NCBI GenBank assembly: GCA_049512075.1
Contig: JBEKXL010000002.1
Coordinates: 96,001 to 160,000, forward strand
Direction of reading: 5' to 3'
Source of the DNA: Candidatus Bathyarchaeia archaeon
Lineage (GTDB): Archaea > Thermoproteota > Bathyarchaeia > Bathyarchaeales > Bathycorpusculaceae
Length of the DNA stretch: 64,000 nucleotides
Below are positions 56,359 through 64,000 of the stretch, piece after piece. Below the pieces are notes generated by a model. It had not been told where the DNA came from. It saw only the letters and a list, made by a program, of their open reading frames with translations, and did no database searches. The translations under genes were made by a program, and so were the position numbers. How positions within the stretch are numbered: the first letter of the stretch is position 1; each line of letters begins with the position of its first letter.

Positions 56359-56679
56359 GTGATGAGTAAGATCGATGTCGAGTATGGTCTTGATGATATG
56401 CTGAAATCTAAAGACAGAGTTGTCGTTCTTTTCTATGCTTCCTGGTGCCCCTTTTCCCAGAGGTTCCTGCCTATATTCGAAAGGTATGCGCAAAGCAAAA
56501 CGCAGACGTGTCTGCAGGTCAAGACCGATGACAAGGCAAGTCTCTGTGAAAAGTATTCCGTGGAAGTGGTGCCCACAGTGCTTCTCTTCGAAAAAGGGAA
56601 AGTCAAAAAACGATTGGACGCGGTGCCGGGAGTGGGACTGGAGGAAGGGCAACTGACAAGTCTGACTAATGTACGCTGA
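56359..56679 (+). CDS. Thioredoxin-like protein (CxxS)
   Basis: [19 protein letters not shown]. Confidence 0.85.
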   Translation: MMSKIDVEYGLDDMLKSKDRVVVLFYASWCPFSQRFLPIFERYAQSKTQTCLQVKTDDKASLCEKYSVEVVPTVLLFEKGKVKKRLDAVPGVGLEEGQLTSLTNVR

Positions 56680-56716
56680 ACAGGCTTCAATTCTGCGTTC
56701 TTACGGGTTGATATTC

Positions 56717-57292
56717 ATGAGTCAAGAAAAGTTGAAAACGGCTGCCACAAGACGAACGGAAGCAGCAACTCTCGCGGGAGGCTGTTTCTGGTGCATCGAA
56801 GCAGTTTTCAGCCAATTGAAAGGCGTAGAGAGGGTCGAATCTGGCTATTCTGGCGGCAAACTTGAAAACCCGACCTATGAGCAGGTCTCTACCGGAAGAA
56901 CAGGGCACGTGGAAACCGTGCAAATCACCTTCGATCCTGACGTGATATCCTATAAGGAAATCTTGGAAATCTTCTCTTCAACCCACGATCCAACGACCTT
57001 GAATCGTCAAGGTCCTGACGTCGGCACTCAATACCGCTCAGTAATATTCTGCCACAATGATCAACAGAAGGCAATCGCTGAACAAGTGATCAAAGAACTC
57101 ACTGAAGAAAAAGCCTTCGATGCGCCCATAGTGACACAAGTAGAGCCCTTCAAAGCCTTCTACGAGGCTGAAGACTACCACAAAGACTACTTCAAGCGTC
57201 ACCCAGAACAAGCCTACTGCAGTCTGGTCATCGCGCCGAAAATCACAAAGCTACGAGAACTCTACCTGAGCAAATTGAAACTGCAACTATAG
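56717..57292 (+). CDS. msrA: Peptide-methionine (S)-S-oxide reductase
   Basis: [29 protein letters not shown]. Confidence 0.96.
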   Translation: MSQEKLKTAATRRTEAATLAGGCFWCIEAVFSQLKGVERVESGYSGGKLENPTYEQVSTGRTGHVETVQITFDPDVISYKEILEIFSSTHDPTTLNRQGPDVGTQYRSVIFCHNDQQKAIAEQVIKELTEEKAFDAPIVTQVEPFKAFYEAEDYHKDYFKRHPEQAYCSLVIAPKITKLRELYLSKLKLQL

Positions 57293-57504
57293 CAAATGTG
57301 CGCGCCCGTTGTGCTGGCGATATGAGCAGTTAACCTGCGGGGTATGCGACGAATGCTGCAGTTCTCCCGACGACTGGCGCTTCGGAACCGTTTTTTAACC
57401 CAGCTTCTTCGGATAACCCTCGTCTGTGGTGCACGATCGCTCGAGGTAGGTAGGTCGAATGTCACGGCAAGTCTTAAAAAAGATTTTCAACTATAGGTTC
57501 GTCC

Positions 57505-58329
57505 ATGAACTATAAAGAGAGACAGGAAATAATCGCTCGTTCACCTATTTCTTTTGCGTATCTGAAGCGTTTCAACGCTGCTGCAGGTGTTGTACATTTC
57601 ATCCAAGGAATTCTAATGTTGACTTTGGGTCTTATGTTGACTTGGCCAATACATGTGCACACGTCCTATCTGAACATAGCAGGCCCTGATTCATCATTAT
57701 GGTTGCCAGGTGTCCAAGCTCTTTTCACATTCAATAATCTAGGAGTGATCCTGGCATCTTTTCCTCTGATTTCTGCGATAGCGCATTTCACGATTGCTTA
57801 TCCGAAGAACAAAAGCTACAATGAGAACCTGAAGAAGGGCATGAATCCTTACCGCTGGTACGAGTATGCCTTCTCAAGCTCCATAATGATAGCCCTAATA
57901 TCAACGTTCGTCGGCATCTTGGATTTCTGGTCGCTCGCAATGATTTTCGTCTTGAACGCGATGATGATAATGTTCGGGTACCTTATGGAGCTGATGAACC
58001 AAAAAACCGAAAAGACAAACTGGTCCGCCTTCAACCTGGGCTGCATCTCCGGCGGCCTCCCATGGGTCGTGATTTTCGCCTATTTCACAGGCGCTGTCAC
58101 GTCCGCAAGCGCAGTTGCAGGCGTGCGCGTACCAACCTTCGTGTACTTCATACTCTTCACTTACCTCGTCCTCTTCATGGTCTTCGCAGTCAACATGGTT
58201 CTGCAGTACAAGGGCGTCGGACGCTGGAAAGACTACCTGTACGGTGAAAGAACCTACATAATCCTCAGCTTCGTAGCAAAAACACTCCTCGCATGGCTCG
58301 TGTTCGCCGGAGTATTCATGCCACACTAA
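57505..58329 (+). CDS. heR: Heliorhodopsin
   Basis: N..AG..H..Q, AHF, NPYRWYEYAFSSS.M, E..YIILSFVAK (retinal Lys); 7 TM. Confidence 0.93.
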   Translation: MNYKERQEIIARSPISFAYLKRFNAAAGVVHFIQGILMLTLGLMLTWPIHVHTSYLNIAGPDSSLWLPGVQALFTFNNLGVILASFPLISAIAHFTIAYPKNKSYNENLKKGMNPYRWYEYAFSSSIMIALISTFVGILDFWSLAMIFVLNAMMIMFGYLMELMNQKTEKTNWSAFNLGCISGGLPWVVIFAYFTGAVTSASAVAGVRVPTFVYFILFTYLVLFMVFAVNMVLQYKGVGRWKDYLYGERTYIILSFVAKTLLAWLVFAGVFMPH

Positions 58330-58555
58330 GCACGCCAACGCAACTCTCCTTTTTTTCTCCACAAATTCAGATTGAAAAAGGAACACTCTTTGAGAGTGCA
58401 TAACAAAAAGCCCTTAGCGGGCGAAGACCCCAACAATCCTCTAGGACTCGCGAACCCATCCACACAGCTTCTCTACCTCTCCAGGATCTGCTATCAAACA
58501 ACCATCACAATCGACGCAAGCAGAAAAGGGAGAGGGCATGAGACAACACTGCAAC

Positions 58556-58617
58556 GTTATAATTCACATTACTTCTGACGTTACAAACAAAAAGAGGGGG
58601 GGCCAAAAACCCAACAT
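58556..58617 (-). repeat. Left member of inverted repeat pair (partner 61418-61478)
   Basis: 62 bp vs 61 bp, 5 mismatches + 1 indel; weaker similarity continues ~60 bp inward. Confidence 0.85.
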
Positions 58618-58801
58618 CGCGATCTTGCAAAGCATAATGTTGGAGGTTAACAAGAAAAAGGCGGGGGTCAACTCGCGCTCGCTTCATCGTTTCGTGAAGT
58701 TTGCACTTGTGTGTAATTTGTCCTCATCGTTTCGCAACGTGTGTGTACGATGAAAAAGGAGTATAGACACTCAGTGTTGGGAAGCGCGTTTTTATTTGTG
58801 G

Positions 58802-59200
58802 TTACAGTGACATGAAAAGTGCCTTTACTTGTTGAATGCCTCGCATTCCTCTGACCCTTCCGATTAGGTCGAGAATTCGCTTGTTCTTTCCTTGGGCGAT
58901 GAAGATTTCCAGGCAGTACTTGTCGTCGATGTGTCTGTGCACGTTCTCCACCACTACGTCGTCAAATTCGTGCCTGACCTCGGTCATCCTTAGGTCAACG
59001 TCTCTTCTTGCGTAGTCGCAGGTAATCATTATCGTCGCTGCCACTTCACCGGTCTCCGTCTTGGCGATGTCCGATTCAACGATGAGATTTCTGATCGCGT
59101 CTCGAAAGGCTTCTGATCGGCTGTAGTACCCACGTGTCTTCATGAATTCATCGAACTTTGTGAGAAGCTCACCTGGAAGAGTTATGCTTATCACCGTCAT
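58802..59200 (-). CDS. nikR: NikR-family nickel-responsive regulator
   Basis: RHH ISITLP..SRSEAFRDAIR; metal ligands H, HRH, C (HEF..HRHIDDKYCLE). Confidence 0.88.
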   Translation of the reverse strand: MTVISITLPGELLTKFDEFMKTRGYYSRSEAFRDAIRNLIVESDIAKTETGEVAATIMITCDYARRDVDLRMTEVRHEFDDVVVENVHRHIDDKYCLEIFIAQGKNKRILDLIGRVRGMRGIQQVKALFMSL

Positions 59201-59318
59201 CCAAACCGCCTCGGCTATTAACATAGCGTCTTGAGACTATTAGCTTATTAATACTTCGTCCGAAGTCGTTAGCACTAGTTTAATATGATAACCTGCATCT
59301 TTCGCATTATGATTACGG

Positions 59319-61268
59319 ATGAGCTGCCCAGAAAAAACCGAACTGGAAGAGCGTGAGCCCCGTGAAAGCAAGAGAGTCTGGATTCTTTTAGCATTGGCCT
59401 TTGGTCTAACCATGGTCATTTCAGGTTTGCTGGATCTCTTGCTGAAAGGAGTACCGCTTGGTTTTGTGATACCGTTGCTGAACGAACCTGCAATCGTATC
59501 GAGGGCAGTCTACTATGTTTCTGTCATCGCAGGGGGAGTGTATGTTGGCGTTCTGGGGTTGAAGGAGCTCATCATAGAGAAAAGGTTTTCTGTGGAGTTT
59601 CTCATGTCCCTTGCAGCCTTGGGCGCGGCCTATTTGGGTTTTCTCTTTGAAGCTACGACCGTGCTTTTTCTCTACTCGTTGGCGGAGTATTTCGAAGAAT
59701 ACATTCAAGATCGAGCGACAAGAACGGTTGAGGGGCTTTCGCGGTTCATGCCTGACAAGGCTTCAGTAATTGTCGATGGTTCTGAAAGAACGATTGATGT
59801 AAAAGCAGTCCGGCCGGGAATGACGATGATGGTAAGACCGGGCGAAAGAATTGCAATGGACGGCACTGTGGTTGAAGGCTATTCCTCTGTTGATCAGTCT
59901 CTTGTCACCGGGGAGTCCATTCCAGTTGTAAAGAGAACCGGCGACTGCGTTTACGCGGGCACTGTGAACTCGGGCGGCATCCTCAAAGTGGCTATCAACA
60001 AGGGCGCTGAAGATACGTTGGTGTCCAGAATCGTGAAGCTTGTCATTGAATCCAGAAAGAGAAAGGCGCACATTGAAAAGTTGGTTGATAGGTTCGCTCG
60101 TTTCTACGTCCCGGTTGTTATAGGTCTCGCAGCTTTCACGGCGCTCGGAATCCCAAGGTTGACCGGTGGAGCGTTCAGCACGTGGCTGTACAGGTCGTTG
60201 ATTCTCTTGGTGGTTTCTTGTCCCAGCGCCTTCGTTATTTCGGTTCCGGCAACCATCTTTGCAGCCGTGACCGTTGCCGCCCGGAAAGGAGTCCTAGTTA
60301 AGGGTGGAATCTGCATTGAAAAGCTGGCAAGAGTTAGGGCTATCGTCTTCGACAAGACTGGCACGTTGACTTTGGGCACGCCGGTGGTGAATGATGTTGA
60401 TTCTGTCGAAAAGTCTGATCAGCGAGCGTTGAAATATGCAGCCGCTTTGGAACAGTTCTCGAATCATCCGCTTGCTCAAACCATCGTCAGGAAGGCGAAG
60501 GAGCGCAATCTGGACTATAGTGACCTCAAGGTCGAGGAGGTGGAAGAGGTTCCGGGCAAGGGCATGGCCGGCTATGTTGACGGCGTTCACGTTGTGGTTG
60601 GCAACATGGAGCTCATGAAACAGCACGGTTGCAACTGCGAACAGATAAGCGAGAATTATGAGAGTGAGAAGCACACTGCGGTCTGCGTTTCGATGGACAA
60701 GACTGCTGTGGCCTCTTTCTGTGTCATGGATGAGGTTAGGGGGGACGCGGCTGAAGCGGTGAAAGCCTTGAAGAAGTCGGGGATTCACACGGTGATGTTG
60801 ACGGGGGACAAACGGGAAATAGCGGATGAGGTTGGGAGGAGACTTGAGATTGATGAGGTGCATTCTGAGCTCTTTCCTGAAGACAAGCTGAGGATTCTTG
60901 GTCAAATCAAGGCGGAGTATGGGACTGTTTCGATGGTGGGCGACGGTGTTAATGATGCTCCGGCTCTCGCTGCGTCGGACGTGGGAATCGCGATGGGAGG
61001 CAGCAGAGTGGACGTTGCCTTGGAGTCGGCCGACATCGTGCTGGTCAAGAACGAGTTGTCTCAGATTCCCTACCTGGTTAGGCTCAGCGGCGAGACCGTG
61101 AAAATTGCTAAACAGAACATAATGGCGTCGTTAGCCGTCAAAATCGTTCTCGGCGCCCTCGGGCTCTTCGGGTTTGTTCCGCTATGGTTCACCGTGGCCT
61201 CGGGCGACGACGGCGTGACCATGCTTCTGCTCCTGAACACTCTGCGTCTGGCACAAGTGAAGATTTAG
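59319..61268 (+). CDS. Heavy-metal P1B-type ATPase without N-terminal HMA domain
   Basis: TGES, SCPS, DKTGT, HP, GDGVNDAPAL. Confidence 0.93.
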   Translation: MSCPEKTELEEREPRESKRVWILLALAFGLTMVISGLLDLLLKGVPLGFVIPLLNEPAIVSRAVYYVSVIAGGVYVGVLGLKELIIEKRFSVEFLMSLAALGAAYLGFLFEATTVLFLYSLAEYFEEYIQDRATRTVEGLSRFMPDKASVIVDGSERTIDVKAVRPGMTMMVRPGERIAMDGTVVEGYSSVDQSLVTGESIPVVKRTGDCVYAGTVNSGGILKVAINKGAEDTLVSRIVKLVIESRKRKAHIEKLVDRFARFYVPVVIGLAAFTALGIPRLTGGAFSTWLYRSLILLVVSCPSAFVISVPATIFAAVTVAARKGVLVKGGICIEKLARVRAIVFDKTGTLTLGTPVVNDVDSVEKSDQRALKYAAALEQFSNHPLAQTIVRKAKERNLDYSDLKVEEVEEVPGKGMAGYVDGVHVVVGNMELMKQHGCNCEQISENYESEKHTAVCVSMDKTAVASFCVMDEVRGDAAEAVKALKKSGIHTVMLTGDKREIADEVGRRLEIDEVHSELFPEDKLRILGQIKAEYGTVSMVGDGVNDAPALAASDVGIAMGGSRVDVALESADIVLVKNELSQIPYLVRLSGETVKIAKQNIMASLAVKIVLGALGLFGFVPLWFTVASGDDGVTMLLLLNTLRLAQVKI

Positions 61269-61417
61269 CACGTGTCATCTCGGCTCGTAGTCCCAAGAGG
61301 TTAGTGTCCAAGGTTGTGAGGAGTACTTCGACAAAACTCTGTGACCTAGATAAGCCTCGAAGTTGCCTCCCTTTTTGTTTATTTACGTTTTTTGCAATGT
61401 TGATTTGTAAAATTGTA

Positions 61418-61478
61418 ATGTTGTGTTTTTGGCCCCCCTCTTTTTGTTTGTAATGTCAGAGGTAATGTGGATTGTAAC
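61418..61478 (+). repeat. Right member of inverted repeat pair (partner 58556-58617)
   Basis: ATGTTGTGTTTTTGGCCCCCCTCTTTTTGTTTGTAATGTCAGAGGTAATGTGGATTGTAAC. Confidence 0.85.
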
Positions 61479-61671
61479 AAACCATGAAGAAAACAGGCCT
61501 GGACCTCCCTCCAGAGCTAATCCGTTCCGTTTATTTGTAACGTCAGATGTAGTGTTGCTTTGTAACGTTTCTTTGTCGGCCTCTTACCGTTTCTTGGTTA
61601 CGTCGGATGTAGTCTGCAATCGTAATCTGTGGTGAGAAACCCTGAAAAGGTGGACAGGTGCACCGTGCGGA

Positions 61672-61745
61672 TGCGGTCGCCGGGATTTGAACCCGGGTCG
61701 TCGGCGTGGGAGGCCGATGTCCTAGCCAGGCTGGACTACGACCGC
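61672..61745 (-). tRNA. tRNA-Gly(CCC)
   Basis: GCGGTCG/CGACCGC acceptor, TCGGC-CTCCCAC-GCCGA, GGTTCAAATCC. Confidence 0.95.
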
Positions 61746-61804
61746 ACAATGTCTTGGAAGCTGACAAGATGGAAAATGGGTTTGAACTTTTATTTAGCTT
61801 TCTC

Positions 61805-63547
61805 TTATACAAGGTTATAGACGGCAGAATCGGCAGACTGGCTCAGAATCGCTTCTCTCTTTTCGGAGGCTTCTTTTGGCCGCGAATACATTCTTTTTGA
61901 GAAGTAAACTGTAGCTACTATGAGAACTGCTGTGCCGGCCGCGAAGATGTACATTAGGCTGCGTACGTTCTGCAGATTCTGGTTGTCGCCTGACAGGTGC
62001 TGTTGATAAGAAGCGTTCAAATCCTGATAGCTTTGTTGAAGCTGACTGTAGTTTCCTAACAGATTGGCGTAGCTGTTGAGGAGTGCGTTGTAGGTGCTGT
62101 TTAGGTTGTAGAAGCTTTTTATGATGGGCAGTTGGGCAGTGTAGTTGCTGAGGAGTTCATAATAGGTTGCGTTCAACGCTAGGAAATTGCTTAGAAGCTG
62201 ATTATACAGATCCAGAGTTCTCGAAGAGATTATCAGAACTGTCTGATTGCTGTGCGAGTAAGTGAAATACAAGTAGCGAAATGCGGCGTCTTGGCTGCTC
62301 ACCCAAGTCGGAGCAATTTCTCTATCGCCAACGAGTACCATAACCGAAGTGTTCATTAACCCCGTTGGAATCGCAACCCGCGAAAAACCAACAGTGCCTT
62401 CTACACCGGCGACATTAAACAGTATTATTCTGTTTCCCGTTTCTATCCCAATTTCAAATTCGAAGCCAGAGACTGTAGAATTGCTGACAACTGAGATTTG
62501 GTAGGTTTCACCGACAAAGGTTGCAGTGGAGCTGGAGAATTTTCCCATTAGAGGATGATTGTCTCGGTTGTTTGGAGCTACGGTGTAGCTCTCGATGCCT
62601 ATTCCGTCTCCGCGATTATGTCCCGTATAGTTGCTCCAGTAGTTCCCTTCACCGCCGAAGTCCCATATGTTGGAAGGCGAAGTGCTGCTAACCTGAAATG
62701 CGTCGAAAAAGTTATTGTCGTAGAAGATATTTTGATAGCAATACAGCGAAATAGTCTCCCCTGCAGGATAATTATCATCAAGAGTGTTGTCCGAAAACAC
62801 GTTGCCCCCAGAAGAGTACAGATAAAGCCCTCCGTAGGCACCATAGTTGTTTGAAATCGCGTTTGCTGAAAACATGTTGTTGCTCGAAGCGATAAGGGCA
62901 ATCCCGCCCTGGGAATTCCCTGTTATCACATTATCCGAGATTGCGTTGCCGCTTGAGGATGAGAGGGTGATTCCCTGTTGATTGTTCGTTATTGTGCTGT
63001 CCGAGATTGTGTTGTTGCTTGAGGATGAGAGGGTGATTCCCTGTTGATTGTTCGTTATTGTGCTGTCCGAGATTGTGTTGTTGCTTGAGGATGACAGATT
63101 CATTCCCTGTTGACAATTACTCACCGTGTTTCTATCTATCGTACTTCCTTTCGAAAGCGTCACACTTATTCCGCTGTTGGGGTTTAGGTTAAGGGCGCTT
63201 TGAATCGTGAAGCCTTCGACTGTAACGTTGTCAGCCGTTATGCTGATGACGAACTGGCTATTCTGTCCGTTTATGATTGTCTGATTTGGGTCTTCGCCGA
63301 TTAGAGAAATGCTTTTGTTGATCTGCAAGCTTTCGTTGTACATCCCTGCACTCACAAGGATGGTGTCTCCCGCCGTTGCGTTGTTGATGGCTGCCTGAAT
63401 CGACTCAGACGGGCTCACTGTTACACTTGTCGAGCCTGCCTTTGCAGACAATTCGAATCTCGAGGGTAATGCCAAGAGCAAGCAGAAGACAATACAAAGA
63501 ACTGAAACGATTTTTTTCAATCTGAACGATTTCTTCTCGTTGCGCAT
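61805..63547 (-). CDS. Secreted NosD/parallel beta-helix protein with coiled coil and C-terminal TM
   Basis: SIQAAINNA..GDTI, SSNN.I..N repeats, GNYWSNY, heptad LN..Y..L stalk. Confidence 0.88.
   Translation of the reverse strand: MRNEKKSFRLKKIVSVLCIVFCLLLALPSRFELSAKAGSTSVTVSPSESIQAAINNATAGDTILVSAGMYNESLQINKSISLIGEDPNQTIINGQNSQFVISITADNVTVEGFTIQSALNLNPNSGISVTLSKGSTIDRNTVSNCQQGMNLSSSSNNTISDSTITNNQQGITLSSSSNNTISDSTITNNQQGITLSSSSGNAISDNVITGNSQGGIALIASSNNMFSANAISNNYGAYGGLYLYSSGGNVFSDNTLDDNYPAGETISLYCYQNIFYDNNFFDAFQVSSTSPSNIWDFGGEGNYWSNYTGHNRGDGIGIESYTVAPNNRDNHPLMGKFSSSTATFVGETYQISVVSNSTVSGFEFEIGIETGNRIILFNVAGVEGTVGFSRVAIPTGLMNTSVMVLVGDREIAPTWVSSQDAAFRYLYFTYSHSNQTVLIISSRTLDLYNQLLSNFLALNATYYELLSNYTAQLPIIKSFYNLNSTYNALLNSYANLLGNYSQLQQSYQDLNASYQQHLSGDNQNLQNVRSLMYIFAAGTAVLIVATVYFSKRMYSRPKEASEKREAILSQSADSAVYNLV
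62951..63113. repeat. 66-bp tandem repeat (2 exact copies + partial) within the beta-helix gene
   Basis: 62951-63016 identical to 63017-63082. Confidence 0.9.
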
Positions 63548-63552
63548 ACAAA

Positions 63553-64000
63553 TCACCTTGCATCTGGTTGGGCACGCAGGTCTAGTCTTGACAGCATCCT
63601 TCCGAGAGCAACAGAACCTGCTATTGCGATCGAAAAAGCAGACACAAAAACTATCGCACTGATAGCCGGCTGCATAACCTCCCAAACAATAGCCGCGTAC
63701 GATCCGACAACTGCCAACACAAGAGTAAACGTGTAAACCCTGACCTTGACACTACCGAGTTTGCCCGACCCTTCCTGAAGCTGACTTAGCGCCGAGTTCA
63801 GCAGGTTCTGCGCCTGTTCAATCTGTTCGTCCGTTGCCAAAGCCGCCATGTTCTTGTCGATGTCTTGGAATTTGAAGCTTAAAAGAGCGTATTTCTGCAG
63901 TTCCCAAGGTTTCTTCTTTGGCAGGATCTTGACTATGCCGCTCTTCTCCATTTTCTTCAATATTGTCTGGATTTTCCGTACAAGCTGAACGTCCGCTGTT
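63553..64000 (-). CDS. C-terminal part of a membrane protein (runs off window end)
   Basis: Frame open to the window edge; two C-terminal TM helices. Confidence 0.55.
   Translation of the reverse strand, partial: TADVQLVRKIQTILKKMEKSGIVKILPKKKPWELQKYALLSFKFQDIDKNMAALATDEQIEQAQNLLNSALSQLQEGSGKLGSVKVRVYTFTLVLAVVGSYAAIVWEVMQPAISAIVFVSAFSIAIAGSVALGRMLSRLDLRAQPDAR

Noticed and set aside
61543-61900. Short ORFs overlapping tRNA-Gly
   Set aside because: Shadows of the tRNA gene and repeats.

Overview
Archaeal DNA, most likely Bathyarchaeia (TACK). This is inferred from gene order, cohesin/dockerin-like and NosD-type secreted proteins, frequent TTG/CTG starts and a D-loop tRNA intron. A ~22-kb housekeeping block (15.1-37.4 kb: lipid/sugar enzymes, endA, glyS, two ribosomal-protein clusters, spt5/secE/ftsY) is flanked by two accessory regions. 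The right region lies around three tRNA genes (Leu-TAA with intron, Arg-CCT, Gly-CCC). It holds (i) an 8.1-kb IS6-family cargo transposon (47214-55306) with ~60-bp terminal inverted repeats, a second nested pair of ends and an 8-bp target duplication that splits a gene in frame, carrying a fused restriction-modification enzyme, (ii) a 5.3-kb integrase-less element at tRNA-Leu carrying a serpin and a PQQ propeller, (iii) a MITE ending in AGCGCGCT, (iv) a thioredoxin-msrA-heliorhodopsin cluster and (v) a nikR/P1B-ATPase pair enclosed by inverted repeats. Across both accessory regions, alternating (GC)n runs of 7-10 nt sit almost only at gene or module junctions, and one insertion is seen in a GCGCTC site, which suggests a GCGC-directed insertion or shuffling process. 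Other candidates are a cohesin-GxGD protease fusion, an Mrr-like/NDT-like defence protein and several phased operator- or iteron-like arrays. All calls come from reading the sequence by eye; no database searches were run.
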